From assembly GCA_963776245.1 (NCBI GenBank), contig CAVZLN010000007.1:84012-148011 (forward strand): a stretch of DNA of 64,000 nt, in the 5' to 3' direction. Positions 1-12,091 of this stretch are shown in pieces. Origin of the DNA: Candidatus Eiseniibacteriota bacterium (lineage in GTDB: Bacteria; Eisenbacteria; RBG-16-71-46). Position 1 is the stretch's first letter. Every line of letters begins with the position of its first letter. Both the position numbers and the translations under genes were made by a program. The notes beneath the pieces are model-generated. The model ran no database searches and was not told the DNA's origin. It was given only the letters and a program-made list of their open reading frames with translations.

Positions 1-2
1 TC

Positions 3-125
3 GATCCCGGCGCGCTCGACGGATGCCCGGCGGATTCCACCGTGTCGCGCTACGTGCTCGCGCAGGGCGTGGCCCAGCACGACCTCTATCATGCCGGCCA
101 GATCGCGCTGCTGAAGAAGGCATGA
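3..125 (+). CDS. DinB-family protein, C-terminal fragment (5' end outside window)
   Basis: Manual translation of frame 3: ...VLAQGVAQHDLYHAGQIALLKKA*; the H-x2-YH-x-GQI ending is typical of DinB/YfiT proteins. Confidence 0.7.
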   Translation, partial: DPGALDGCPADSTVSRYVLAQGVAQHDLYHAGQIALLKKA

Positions 126-210
126 GGAGGGACGAGGTCCTGCGCCTCGTCGCGGCGATCCCGGCCCGGTCATCGCCCAGGATCGGGGCGGTCGCCCGGC
201 CGGGATCCGG

Positions 211-238
211 TAGGCGCATAATCAGTATTATGTAAACC
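211..238. other. dif-like XerC/XerD chromosome dimer resolution site
   Basis: TAGGCGCATAA-TCAGTA-TTATGTAAACC has the 11-6-11 layout and closely resembles E. coli dif GGTGCGCATAA-TGTATA-TTATGTTAAAT; AT-rich, intergenic between convergent genes. Confidence 0.85.
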
Positions 239-357
239 TACAGGCACGGAGGGCCGTGCGTCCGAGGCATCGTGGCCGTGGATCCGCTCTCCCCCGTCGC
301 CGGTCCGCCGACATCCCACCTGCCGGGCGCTCGTGACTCGCGCCCGGGAGGGTCACC

Positions 358-2808
<2,451 letters not shown>

Positions 2809-2881
2809 AGGCGGCGGAGAGTAGCGAAGCGCGGCCCGCGAGTCACGCGGTCCGCGGGTCCCGCGGCCGCCGCTCAGCCCG

Positions 2882-3961
2882 TCACCGCACGCCGCAGAGC
2901 GTGCGGGTGGCCTGCTCGAGCACCGCGATGGGATCGGCGCGACCGCTCTTCCACGCCGCCTCGGCGCGGTAGAGCGCGTCCGCCGCGGCGCACAGCTCGG
3001 CGGGCCGCATGCGGTGGCGCAGTGTGCCGCTGTGCTCGCGGTGGATCGCCCAGCCCCCGAGCGCGCCCCCGACCAGGTTCGCGAGTGCGAACAGGACCTG
3101 TCCCTCGCTCACCCCGGTCGCCAGCAGCCGGCCGAGCCGCAGGGTGGCGGCGCCGGCCCGCCCGCGCGCCACCGCGCCCAGGTACTCCGGCAGGTCCGCG
3201 CCCACCGCGGGGCGCAGCACCGCCTGCGCGTCGGCCAGTCGGACCACGCGGTCCCCTCCCGCCCAGGCGCAGATCTTCTCGAGCTCATTGAAGAACGCGA
3301 GCGGATCGCCCTCGCAGGCGTCCGCGGTCGACTCGAGCACGCCGGGCTCGGCCTCGATGCCCTCGCGCGCCAGACGGCGGACGCCCCACGCGAGCAGCGC
3401 GGGGCGCTCGGGCGGCCGCGCCTCCCAGCGCACGGCGGCGGCGGCGCGCAGCGGCTCGAGGGACTTGCGGAGAACGTCGGCCTCGGACTCCACCAGCACC
3501 AGGCACGAGCCGCCCGCCGGCCGAGCGAGGCCCGCGGCGAGGGCCGCCACCTTCTTCTCGCTGCGCCCGAGCGTCTCGACCTCGAGCACCAGGGTCAGTT
3601 CGCGCGGCGCGAACAGCGATGCGCCCTGGTAGGCGGCGAGGATCTGCTCCACCCCGCTCTCGGCGGCGCGCAGCACGCGGGCGGTCGGCGCGGCGGGCAC
3701 GTGCGCGGCCCAGGCGGCGCGCAGCTCGGCGAGCAGGGCGGTCTTGAGCGGCTCGGAGGGGCCTTCGAGGTAGAGCGTGGCCGGGAAGTCGTCGCGATCG
3801 AAGCGCCCGAGCAACGCGAACGCGTCGGCCGTCACGCTCGCGCCGGCGCCCCGACCGCGCGGGAAGGGCGCGCGGCGCGCGGGCGCCGGGGAGTCACCAG
3901 CCCTGGGTGGAGCGGCTGAGGACTTCGTCGGCGATCTTCTGGATGGCTTCTTTGCGTCCAT
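2882..3961 (-). CDS. holA: DNA polymerase III delta subunit (start uncertain; alternative GTG at 3835)
   Basis: SLFAPR and NELEK motifs; conserved leuS/lptE/holA neighbourhood. Confidence 0.75.
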   Translation of the reverse strand: MDAKKPSRRSPTKSSAAPPRAGDSPAPARRAPFPRGRGAGASVTADAFALLGRFDRDDFPATLYLEGPSEPLKTALLAELRAAWAAHVPAAPTARVLRAAESGVEQILAAYQGASLFAPRELTLVLEVETLGRSEKKVAALAAGLARPAGGSCLVLVESEADVLRKSLEPLRAAAAVRWEARPPERPALLAWGVRRLAREGIEAEPGVLESTADACEGDPLAFFNELEKICAWAGGDRVVRLADAQAVLRPAVGADLPEYLGAVARGRAGAATLRLGRLLATGVSEGQVLFALANLVGGALGGWAIHREHSGTLRHRMRPAELCAAADALYRAEAAWKSGRADPIAVLEQATRTLCGVR

Positions 3962-4412
3962 CGAGCTCGGTCTTCGCGGTCTGGCCGGGGACATCCTGCA
4001 CGTAGTAGTTCGCCGTCTTGATCATGGCGTCGTCTCGCCACATCTCGCGGTTCTTCAGCTGGTCCTTGAACACGACCGAGACCGTGATCGTCACGCGGTA
4101 CTCCTGCGCGCGATTCTGGGTGGAGAAGCCGAACACCGAATTCTTGTAGGCGACGATCTTCCCGCTCAGCACACAGTCGGCGGAGCGCTCGTTCACCACC
4201 TTGAGGTGATTGTCCTGCACGAAGCGCTGGAGCACCGCGTCGGTGATCTCCTGCTGGAGCGTGTACTCGGTGGTGGCGTTCTCGAACACCGGCACCGCCA
4301 CCGTCTTGAGGTTCGACGGCAGCAGCGCGGTGCTGGTGGTGTACGCGCAACCGCCCGCGAGGCAAGCGACCGCCCCCGCGAGCAGCAGCGCGCGGGGGCG
4401 GGAGATCTTCAC
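3894..4412 (-). CDS. lptE: LPS assembly lipoprotein LptE family
   Basis: Lipobox LAGGC; LPSNLKTVAVPVFEN motif; adjacent to holA. Confidence 0.85.
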   Translation of the reverse strand: MKISRPRALLLAGAVACLAGGCAYTTSTALLPSNLKTVAVPVFENATTEYTLQQEITDAVLQRFVQDNHLKVVNERSADCVLSGKIVAYKNSVFGFSTQNRAQEYRVTITVSVVFKDQLKNREMWRDDAMIKTANYYVQDVPGQTAKTELDGRKEAIQKIADEVLSRSTQGW

Positions 4413-4415
4413 GAC

Positions 4416-5849
4416 TCAAGCCACCTTGTGGGTCGGGTCGGACGACTCGTGCTCGGGCTGCAGCTCGTACAGCTTCATCCGGTAACGGAGCTTGTCGCGC
4501 TTGAGGTTGAGGAGCTCCGCGGTGCGACTCTGATTCCACTTGGTAGCACACGACGCACGCACAATCAAGGCGCGCTCCAGCTCCTCGACGAGCGCTTCGA
4601 AGGGGATCCCGGTCGGCGGGATCGCGCCTCCCATCGCCTCGTCGACGCGATGTCCGAGCGTCACCCCGGCCGCGGCGCGCGCGCGCGGGGCGAGCTTGAG
4701 GTGCCGCGGCTCGAGCACCTCGGCGTTCTCGAGCAGCACGGTGCGCTCGAAGAGGTTCTTCAGCTCACGGATGTTCCCGGGCCACGGGTAGTCGGCCAGG
4801 ACCTGCTCGGCCGCGGGGCTGATGCCGCGGAACGGCTTCTTGAACTGCTTGGAGAAGCGCTCCATGAAGAGCTTGGCGAGCGGCAGGATGTCCTCGCGGC
4901 GCTCCCGCAGCGGCGGGACGTAGAGCGGCACCACCTTGAGGCGGTAGTAGAGGTCCTCGCGGAAGCTCCCCTCCCGCACCATCCGCTCGAGGTCCTGGTT
5001 GGTGGCGGAGATGATGCGCGGATTCACGGCGAAGTCCTTGGTGCCTCCGACGCGGCGCACCGTGCGGCGCTCCAGCACCCGCAGCAGCTTGACCTGGAGC
5101 ATCGGCGCCATCTCCCCGATCTCGTCGAGGAACAGCGTGCCCTCGCTCGCCAGCTCCATCAGGCCCAGCTTCTGCGAGCGCGCGTCGGTGAACGCGCCTT
5201 TCTCGTGCCCGAACAGCTCGCTCTCGAGCAGTTCGCTCGGGATGGCCGCGCAGTTGAGCTCGATGAACGGCCGGTCGTGCCGTGCGCTCATCCGGTGGAC
5301 CAGGTTCGCGAAGTACTCCTTGCCGGTGCCGCTCTCGCCCTCGATGAGCACGCTGGTGGTGTCGCCACGCGCCACCTGCTCGGCGATCGCGTACGCCTCC
5401 TGCATGCGAGCGCTGCCGGAGTGCAGGTAGTCCTCGTCGGCGAACGCCTGGTGGCGCAGCCGGCGCAGTTCAATCCACATGCGCTGCGAGTCGATGGCGC
5501 GCTCGACCAGCGCCAGCAGCTCGTCGTTCTGGAACGGCTTCCGCACGAACCAGAACGCGCCGGCGCTCATCGCCTCGACGGCGGTCTCCAGTTCACCGAA
5601 CGCGGTCATGAGGATGACCGAGACCTCGGGCTGGATCCGCTTGATCTCGCGCAGCAGTTCGATGCCGGTGCCGTCGGGGAGCTTCAGATCGAGCACCGCG
5701 ACGTCGGGAAGGTCGCGCTCGAAGGCCTCGCGGCCCTCGCGCACGGAACCGGTGGTGACCACGGAGTAGCCCGCGTCCTCGAGCGTGCGGCTCACGAAGT
5801 GCCGGATGGAATCCTGATCGTCCACGACCAGGATGTTGGCCTTGCTCAT
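4416..5849 (-). CDS. Sigma54-dependent response regulator (REC-AAA+-HTH, NtrC family)
   Basis: MSKANILVVDD receiver, GESGTGKE, ESELFGHEKGAFTDA, LFLDEIGE, WPGNIREL, Fis-type HTH; ATG overlaps kinase stop (ATGA). Confidence 0.95.
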   Translation of the reverse strand: MSKANILVVDDQDSIRHFVSRTLEDAGYSVVTTGSVREGREAFERDLPDVAVLDLKLPDGTGIELLREIKRIQPEVSVILMTAFGELETAVEAMSAGAFWFVRKPFQNDELLALVERAIDSQRMWIELRRLRHQAFADEDYLHSGSARMQEAYAIAEQVARGDTTSVLIEGESGTGKEYFANLVHRMSARHDRPFIELNCAAIPSELLESELFGHEKGAFTDARSQKLGLMELASEGTLFLDEIGEMAPMLQVKLLRVLERRTVRRVGGTKDFAVNPRIISATNQDLERMVREGSFREDLYYRLKVVPLYVPPLRERREDILPLAKLFMERFSKQFKKPFRGISPAAEQVLADYPWPGNIRELKNLFERTVLLENAEVLEPRHLKLAPRARAAAGVTLGHRVDEAMGGAIPPTGIPFEALVEELERALIVRASCATKWNQSRTAELLNLKRDKLRYRMKLYELQPEHESSDPTHKVA

Positions 5850-7789
5850 GCGTTGCCTCCGTTGGATTCCAGCGGCAGTTCCACGGTGAAAGTGGTACCG
5901 CGGGCGGGCTCGCTCTGGACCGCGAGACTCCCACCGTGTCGCTTGACGATGTCGTGGCAGATGTAGAGACCGAGCCCGGTCCCGCCGGGCTTGGTGGTGA
6001 AGAAGGGCTCGAAGATGGTCTTCAGCGCCTCGCCCGAGATGCCGCTGCCGTGGTCCTCCACGCGCGCGATCACGCCCGGGACGACGGCGCTTCCGGATCC
6101 GGGGCCGCGGGGCGCCGCGGGCTCGACGACGACCTGCACGCGGTCGCCGGCGGACGACGCCTCGGCCGCGTTCTTGAGCAGGTTGATGAACACCTGCTCG
6201 ATCTGATCGGGGTCGTGCGCCACGGCCGGCACCCGGGGGGCGACCGCGACGTCGAGCGAGACGCCGCGCTGCTCGTAGACCGCGCGCAGGCACTGCACCG
6301 CGCGGCCGAGCGCGTCCTCGACCGGGGCCACGCGCAGGCTGAGCCCGCGCGGATGGGTGATCTCGAACAGGTCGCCGACGATGCGGTCGAGGCGCTTGAT
6401 CTCGCCGTGGATGAAGGCGAGGTTCTCGCGCTGCGAGTCGTCGTCCTTGAGCGCCCGGGCGAGGTACTGCACCCCCGCGCCGATGCCGGCCAGCGGGTTG
6501 CGGATCTCGTGCGCCACGCTCGAGGTGAAACGCCCGAGCGCGGCCAGCCGGTCGAGCCGCCGGGCGTGCTCCTCGGCCCGGCGCAGGGGCGTGAGGTCGA
6601 TGAACGTGGCGATGGCGCCGTAGACGGCGCGCCGGTCGTTGCGCAGCAGCGAGGTGGTGAGCGAGACCGGCACCGGGGTCCCGTCCTGGGCCCGCAGCAT
6701 GAGGGTCTCGCGCACCACCTCGCGGCCATGTTCGAGGGTGGCGCGCATGATCTCCTCGCCGTCGCCGCCCAGCACCACGCCGACCCCCTCGCCGAGGGCG
6801 TCGTCGCCATTCCAGCCGAGCAGGGCCTCGGCGGCGTGATTGAAGGTGAGCACCTCGCCCTGCATGTTCACCGCGACCAGCGCGCTCGGCATGCTGTCGA
6901 GCACGTGCTCGCGGAAGCGTTCGCTGCGGCGCAGCTCGTGGTAGAGGCGGGCATTCTCGATCATCGGGGCGATCGACTGCGCGATCGACTCGATCAGCGT
7001 GGTGTCGGTGGCGGTGAGCGCCGGCGCGCCGCGGTGGCGGGCCGCCCCGATGATGCCGAGGACGGGCATGTGGTCGCAGCCGAGGCAATGGCGCTGGCGT
7101 TCCTCGCGGTCGGCGGCCCAGCCATCGGCCGCGGCGCCGGGCGGCGGCACCACCACCGCGGCGTCGCCCAGCATGCAGCGCGCCCCGCAGAGCTCGTGCT
7201 GCTGGCCGACCGGCACCAGCGTGTGGCTGCGGCGCAGCGGCACCGCCACCAGCGAGCCGAGGTCCTCGAGGGTCTCCTCCAGCGGATGTCCCTCGGGCAG
7301 CGAGGCGGCGAGGCGGGGGCGCAGCGCCCGGTGGGTGACCGTGCGGTCGAGCCACACCGCCCGGGCCAGCGCGCCCCCGTCGCCCAGCAGGGACACCGCC
7401 AGCGGGGTGCTGTGCTCGCGGTCGGCCCGGCGGCTGACCCAGGTGCCCTGGAGCGCGTGCTCTCCGCGATCCACGAGCATCAGGCAGACCTCGTCGAAAC
7501 CGAACGCGCGGCACAGGTAGCGCGCCACCGTGCGGGTGGTCTCCCCCGCATCGAGACTGTTCACCACCTGGCTCGCGACCTCGCGCAGCGAAACCAGCTG
7601 CACGTTGGTCTCGATCAGGCGCCGCTGGCTGCGCTCGAGCTCCTCGACCAGCAGGCGCACGGTCTCGAGCAGCGCCTCCGGTCCCTCGGGATCGACGGGC
7701 AGCGTGATGCCGGACGTGTCCGTGAGCCCACGGACCTCGTCGACGCGCCTCAACAGGTCGCGCAGCTGCTCGTGCTGCGTGATGGCCAT
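5846..7789 (-). CDS. Cytoplasmic sensor histidine kinase (GAF-PAS-HisKA-HATPase)
   Basis: AHEIRNPL H-box, QVFINLLKNA N-box, DHGSG, FEPFFTTK, GTGLGL. Confidence 0.95.
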   Translation of the reverse strand: MAITQHEQLRDLLRRVDEVRGLTDTSGITLPVDPEGPEALLETVRLLVEELERSQRRLIETNVQLVSLREVASQVVNSLDAGETTRTVARYLCRAFGFDEVCLMLVDRGEHALQGTWVSRRADREHSTPLAVSLLGDGGALARAVWLDRTVTHRALRPRLAASLPEGHPLEETLEDLGSLVAVPLRRSHTLVPVGQQHELCGARCMLGDAAVVVPPPGAAADGWAADREERQRHCLGCDHMPVLGIIGAARHRGAPALTATDTTLIESIAQSIAPMIENARLYHELRRSERFREHVLDSMPSALVAVNMQGEVLTFNHAAEALLGWNGDDALGEGVGVVLGGDGEEIMRATLEHGREVVRETLMLRAQDGTPVPVSLTTSLLRNDRRAVYGAIATFIDLTPLRRAEEHARRLDRLAALGRFTSSVAHEIRNPLAGIGAGVQYLARALKDDDSQRENLAFIHGEIKRLDRIVGDLFEITHPRGLSLRVAPVEDALGRAVQCLRAVYEQRGVSLDVAVAPRVPAVAHDPDQIEQVFINLLKNAAEASSAGDRVQVVVEPAAPRGPGSGSAVVPGVIARVEDHGSGISGEALKTIFEPFFTTKPGGTGLGLYICHDIVKRHGGSLAVQSEPARGTTFTVELPLESNGGNA

Positions 7790-7926
7790 GACTCTCGCAC
7801 CAGGGCACGGCGAAAGGGCTCGCCGGCCCGGAGGCTCGGTGCTTCACCGGCACGCGTCACAGGGCGGGGTGGTGGGCGTGCCGGGTCGTGGCGGGCCGCC
7901 GCGAGGCGCCCCGCCCATCGAACGGT

Positions 7927-9057
7927 CTAGCGATCCGTGAATTCGCGCACGGTGGCGGCGACGTAGCGGATCTGTTCCTCCGTCAGCTCGGGGTAGATCG
8001 GCAGGGCGATGGTCTCCAGCGCGGCGGCCTCGGCGTGGGGCATCGAGCCCGTCGCGTAGCCGAGCATGCTGAAGCACTTCTGGAGGTGGAGCGGCACCGG
8101 GTAGTACACCTCGTTCCCGATGCCGTGATCGGCGAGGTGCTTGCGCACCTCGTCGCGCTTCTCCACGCGGATGCAGTACTGGTTGTAGATGTGACGCGTG
8201 CGCGGGTCGTGGTACGGACGGCCGAGCTTCGCGCCCTCGAACTGGCGGTTGTAGAGGGCGGCGTTGGCCGCGCGCTTCTCGCTCCAGCGGTCGAGGTGGC
8301 GCAGCTTCACGCGCAGGATGGCGGCCTGGAGGGCGTCCAGACGCGAATTGGTGCCCACCAGCGAGTGGTAGTACTTCGGTTTGGCGCCGTGATTGCAGAG
8401 CAGACGCGCCTTTTCGGCGAACTCCGCATTCTGCGTCACCATCATGCCGCCGTCCCCGGCCCCACCGAGGTTCTTCGACGGGAAGAAGGAGAAGCAGCCG
8501 AAGTCGGTCATCGAGCCGGCGCGCTTGCCCTCCCACTCCGAGCCGATGGCCTGGGCCGCGTCCTCGATGACGTAGAGCTTGTGCTTGTCGCAGATCGCCT
8601 TGATCGCCGGAAGGTCGGCGCACTGGCCGAACAGCGACACCGGCATCACGGCCTTGGTGCGCGGGGTGATGGCGGCCTCGAGGCGCAACGGGTCGAGGTT
8701 GTAGGTGCGCGGGTCGATGTCCACGAACACCGGGGTCGCCCCGTTGTTGGCGATCGTGCCGGCGCTGGCGAAGAACGAGTACGCGCTGGTGATCACCTCG
8801 TCGCCGGGGCCGATCCCGAGCGCCCACATCGCCATCAGCAGCGCGTCGGTGCCCGAGGCGCAGGCGACGGCGTGCGCGCACTGCGAGTAGCGCGCCACCT
8901 CTTCCTCGAGGCCCTTGACCTCGGGGCCGCCGATGAAGTGCTGGCTCTCCATGACGCTCTTCACGGCCGCGTCGAGGTCCGCGCGGAGGTCCGCGTATTG
9001 CGCCTTGAGGTCCAGCAGCGGCACCTGCATGGTGGCTTTGGAGGACATCGCGCTCAT
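7927..9057 (-). CDS. DegT/DnrJ/EryC1/StrS PLP aminotransferase (WbpE-like)
   Basis: SGTDAL, IEDAAQA, FSFFPSKNLG (PLP lysine), NSRLDALQAA. Confidence 0.92.
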   Translation of the reverse strand: MSAMSSKATMQVPLLDLKAQYADLRADLDAAVKSVMESQHFIGGPEVKGLEEEVARYSQCAHAVACASGTDALLMAMWALGIGPGDEVITSAYSFFASAGTIANNGATPVFVDIDPRTYNLDPLRLEAAITPRTKAVMPVSLFGQCADLPAIKAICDKHKLYVIEDAAQAIGSEWEGKRAGSMTDFGCFSFFPSKNLGGAGDGGMMVTQNAEFAEKARLLCNHGAKPKYYHSLVGTNSRLDALQAAILRVKLRHLDRWSEKRAANAALYNRQFEGAKLGRPYHDPRTRHIYNQYCIRVEKRDEVRKHLADHGIGNEVYYPVPLHLQKCFSMLGYATGSMPHAEAAALETIALPIYPELTEEQIRYVAATVREFTDR

Positions 9058-9083
9058 GGTGCTCTCCTCTCTATGACGAGGGT

Positions 9084-9845
9084 CTAGGAATCGACCCAGC
9101 CCTGGTTCTCGAGCAACTGTTCGACCGGAACGTCACGCCACACCCGGGCGGGGGAACCCAGCACGATCTTGCGCGCGGGCACGTCCTTCGTGACCACCGA
9201 TCCGGCCGCGACCAGCGCGTCCTCGCCGATGACCACGCCCGGCAGCATCACCGAGCCGGCGCCGATGCGCGCCCCGCGCTTCACGGTCACGCCCTTGAAG
9301 TGCTTGAAGCGCTCGGCGGTGCGGCCGACGAAATTGTCGTTCGACGTCACCACGCCGGGGGCGACGAACACGCGATCCTCGAGCGTCGAGTACGCGGTGA
9401 TGTAGCACTCGCTCTCCAGCTTGCAGTAGCGGCCCACGGTGCAGAAGTTCTCCACCGTCACGCCGCGGCCGACGATGGTGCCGCGCCCGATGGTGACGTT
9501 CTCGCGGATGGTGGCGAGATCGGCCATCAGCACCTTGCCGTCGATCTTCGCGCCGCGGTAGAGCACCACGCCGGTGCCGACGATGCACAGGTCGCCGATC
9601 TCGAGCGCAGGGAGCGCCTGGTCCGAGGTGGTCGCCGAGTTGGCCGCCTTCATCGGAAGCTTCCCGAGCGAGGCGTGGTCGTCGATGCGCACGTCGTTGC
9701 CCACCACCGTGCCCGCGTGGATCACCACGTGGTGGCCGATCCGGCAGCCGGTGCCGAGCGTGACGTCGGCGCCGACGACGCACTGCTCCCCGAACGTCGT
9801 CCCGGCGCCGATCCGGGCACTGGGGTGCATCAGCCCGGCGCTCAC
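9084..9845 (-). CDS. Hexapeptide-repeat N-acetyltransferase (WbpD-like)
   Basis: Left-handed beta-helix repeats, GARIGAGSVMLPGVVIG...VTKDVP; GTG start overlaps upstream TGA. Confidence 0.85.
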   Translation of the reverse strand: MSAGLMHPSARIGAGTTFGEQCVVGADVTLGTGCRIGHHVVIHAGTVVGNDVRIDDHASLGKLPMKAANSATTSDQALPALEIGDLCIVGTGVVLYRGAKIDGKVLMADLATIRENVTIGRGTIVGRGVTVENFCTVGRYCKLESECYITAYSTLEDRVFVAPGVVTSNDNFVGRTAERFKHFKGVTVKRGARIGAGSVMLPGVVIGEDALVAAGSVVTKDVPARKIVLGSPARVWRDVPVEQLLENQGWVDS

Positions 9846-10879
9846 GCGACCCCCTGCGTCAGCGGGGCGATGGCCACCGGAGCGCCCCCCGCGGCCAGCG
9901 ACCGCTGCGCGGCGTCGAGGACCTTGACCACCTTGAGCCCGCTCTCGCCGTCGGTCGCGGGGGTCTTGCGGTCGCGCACGCAGTCCACGAAGTGCTGGCA
10001 CTCGAGCTTGAGCGGCTCCTGCAGGGAGACCTTCGGGATCACGATGTCGCCGCTGCGCACCGTGAGGGCGTCGCCGTACGACACCACCTGCCCCGCGCGG
10101 TCCACGCCCTTGTCGTACACGCGGATCTTCTCGCTCGCGTCCATGTCGTCGAACACCACCATCTTCTGGCTGCCGACCACGGTGAGCTTGCGCAGCTTGT
10201 GCGGGTCGAGCCACGAGACGTGGACGTGCGCCTGCTTGCCGCCCGGGAAGCGCAGGTCCACGAACACCACGTCCTCCACCCCCTTCTGGAGGAAGGCGGA
10301 GCCGCGCGCGGCGACGTCCACGGGCTCGGCGTCGAGCAGGTGGAGGATCACCGACAGGTCATGGGGCGCGAACGACCACAGCGCGTTCTCGTCCTTGCGC
10401 ACCTTCCCCAGGTTCACGCGCTGCGAATAGAGGTAGTACACGTCGCCGAGGTCGCCGCGCGTGACCATGTCCTTCACGTAGCGCACCGCCGGATGGTAGA
10501 TGAGCAGGTGGCCGACCATCAGGATCCGGTGCTTCGCGCGGGCGATGCGCACCAGTTCCTCGGCGTGGGCGACCTCGAGGGTGATCGGCTTCTCGACGTA
10601 CACGTCCTTCCCCGCCTCGAGCATGGCCTTGGCGAGCGGGTAGTGGCTCACCGCGGAGGCGGCGATGACCACCGCCTGCACGTCCGGGGCGAGCGCGATC
10701 TCCGCGGGGTTGGGCACCGCGCGGGCCTGCGGGTACTGGCCCACGGTGCGGGCGAGACGCGCGGCATCGAGGTCGCACAGGGCGGCCAGGCGCGCGCCGG
10801 GCAGATTGGCGAAATTCCGGATGAGGTTGGCACCCCAGTCACCGGTCCCGACCACCGCGATCCCTACGGCTTCCGACAT
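9842..10879 (-). CDS. Gfo/Idh/MocA oxidoreductase (WbpB/GnnA-like)
   Basis: GTGDWG Rossmann motif, VYVEKP, SFAPHD. Confidence 0.9.
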   Translation of the reverse strand: MSEAVGIAVVGTGDWGANLIRNFANLPGARLAALCDLDAARLARTVGQYPQARAVPNPAEIALAPDVQAVVIAASAVSHYPLAKAMLEAGKDVYVEKPITLEVAHAEELVRIARAKHRILMVGHLLIYHPAVRYVKDMVTRGDLGDVYYLYSQRVNLGKVRKDENALWSFAPHDLSVILHLLDAEPVDVAARGSAFLQKGVEDVVFVDLRFPGGKQAHVHVSWLDPHKLRKLTVVGSQKMVVFDDMDASEKIRVYDKGVDRAGQVVSYGDALTVRSGDIVIPKVSLQEPLKLECQHFVDCVRDRKTPATDGESGLKVVKVLDAAQRSLAAGGAPVAIAPLTQGVA

Positions 10880-10938
10880 GGCATCCTCTCAGTACGGCGG
10901 GTCCAGAAGGAGACGCGTGGGGGCATCCGATCCAGCGC

Positions 10939-10968
10939 AGCCTAGCAGCGGCGCGGAAACGCGGTCAA
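10939..10968 (-). promoter_or_regulatory. Putative sigma70 promoter for the sugar-modification genes
   Basis: TTGACC-18 bp-TAGGCT with TG extension on the minus strand. Confidence 0.5.
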
Positions 10969-11001
10969 CGCGCCGGCCCGCGCCGCGCGGCGCGCGGGCG
11001 C

Positions 11002-12012
11002 TCAGGCCGCCATCGGCCACAGCGTCTCCACGCGGTTCTTGCCGCGCTGCTTGGCGAGGTAGAGCGCGCGGTCCGAGGCCTGCAGCAGGCTGGTCGGATC
11101 GGACGCGTCCACCGGGTAGGTCGCGACTCCGAGGCTCACGGTGATGGCGCCGCGCGGCGCGAGCGGGAAGGTGTGCGCCTCCACCGCGGTCCGCATGCGC
11201 TCCCCCGCCACCAGCGCGCCGTCGCGATCGGTCTGCGGCAGGATGAGCGTGAACTCGTCGCCGCCGTACTTGGCGACCAGGTCGAACGAACGCACGTGCT
11301 CGGCGAACAGCCCGGCCAGTTCACGCAGCAGGAACGAGCCGCGCAGGTGACCGTGACGGTCGTTGTACGCCTTCAGGTTGTCCACGTCGATCATCACGAT
11401 CGACAATTCCTGGCGGAAGCGTCCGGCGCGCTTGATCTCGCGCCGCAGCGCGCTCTTGAGGAAGCGGTAGTTGTAGACCTGCGTCAGGTCGTCGGTGATG
11501 GCGAGCTTCTCGACGCTCTCCGAGAGGCGCACGTTCTCGAGGGCCATCGAGGTCCAGGCGCCCAGCAGGGTCACCAGGTTGATCTCGTCGGACGAGAACG
11601 ACGCGGCGGCGTGGCGGCGGTAGACCGCCAGATACGCGGGCGACTGGTCGCGCTGGCGCAGCGGCACGAACACCGCGGGGCCGGCGTCGAGCCCGGGGCA
11701 GCGGTCGTCGATGCCGAGCCGGCCGTCCTCCGCCGCGTTGGGGGTGGCCAGCGGCGCCCCGCTGCGGAGCAGCAGGCGCGCGAACTCGCTCCCCGTCCGC
11801 TCGGCGTCCCGGCGCTCGGGGCGCTCGAGGTCGCGCCGCATGAGCCAGCGCTCGCTCTGGCGGCTGGTGCCGCTCAGCACCACGGCACCGTCGCATTCGG
11901 CGACGGTGAGCGCGGTGAGGAGCACCCGCTCGAGCAGTCCGCCGCGCGCACGGGATCCGGTGCGCGCGGAGAGGTCGAGGAGGGACTCCATGATCTTCTC
12001 GCGGCTGAGCAT
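11002..12012 (-). CDS. GAF-GGDEF diguanylate cyclase
   Basis: Intact GGDEF with RSFD I-site 5 aa upstream; DDLTQVYNYR; N-terminal GAF-like domain. Confidence 0.92.
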   Translation of the reverse strand: MLSREKIMESLLDLSARTGSRARGGLLERVLLTALTVAECDGAVVLSGTSRQSERWLMRRDLERPERRDAERTGSEFARLLLRSGAPLATPNAAEDGRLGIDDRCPGLDAGPAVFVPLRQRDQSPAYLAVYRRHAAASFSSDEINLVTLLGAWTSMALENVRLSESVEKLAITDDLTQVYNYRFLKSALRREIKRAGRFRQELSIVMIDVDNLKAYNDRHGHLRGSFLLRELAGLFAEHVRSFDLVAKYGGDEFTLILPQTDRDGALVAGERMRTAVEAHTFPLAPRGAITVSLGVATYPVDASDPTSLLQASDRALYLAKQRGKNRVETLWPMAA

Positions 12013-12060
12013 TCAGGCGTCCTGCCGGTTCGAGTATGGGCGTTGAAACCCACTCGATAT

Positions 12061-12076
12061 CGCAACGCCTATGCCA
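12061..12076 (-). promoter_or_regulatory. Putative sigma54 (-24/-12) promoter
   Basis: Minus strand TGGCAT-AGGCG-TTGCG with exact GG-N10-GC spacing, about 50 bp upstream of the GGDEF start. Confidence 0.65.
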
Positions 12077-12091
12077 CGGGGATCCGCGGGC

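Noticed and set aside
4416..7853. 1145-aa ORF suggesting a giant response regulator
   Set aside because: The N-terminal ~670 aa is an off-frame read of the kinase gene; the real start is ATG 5849
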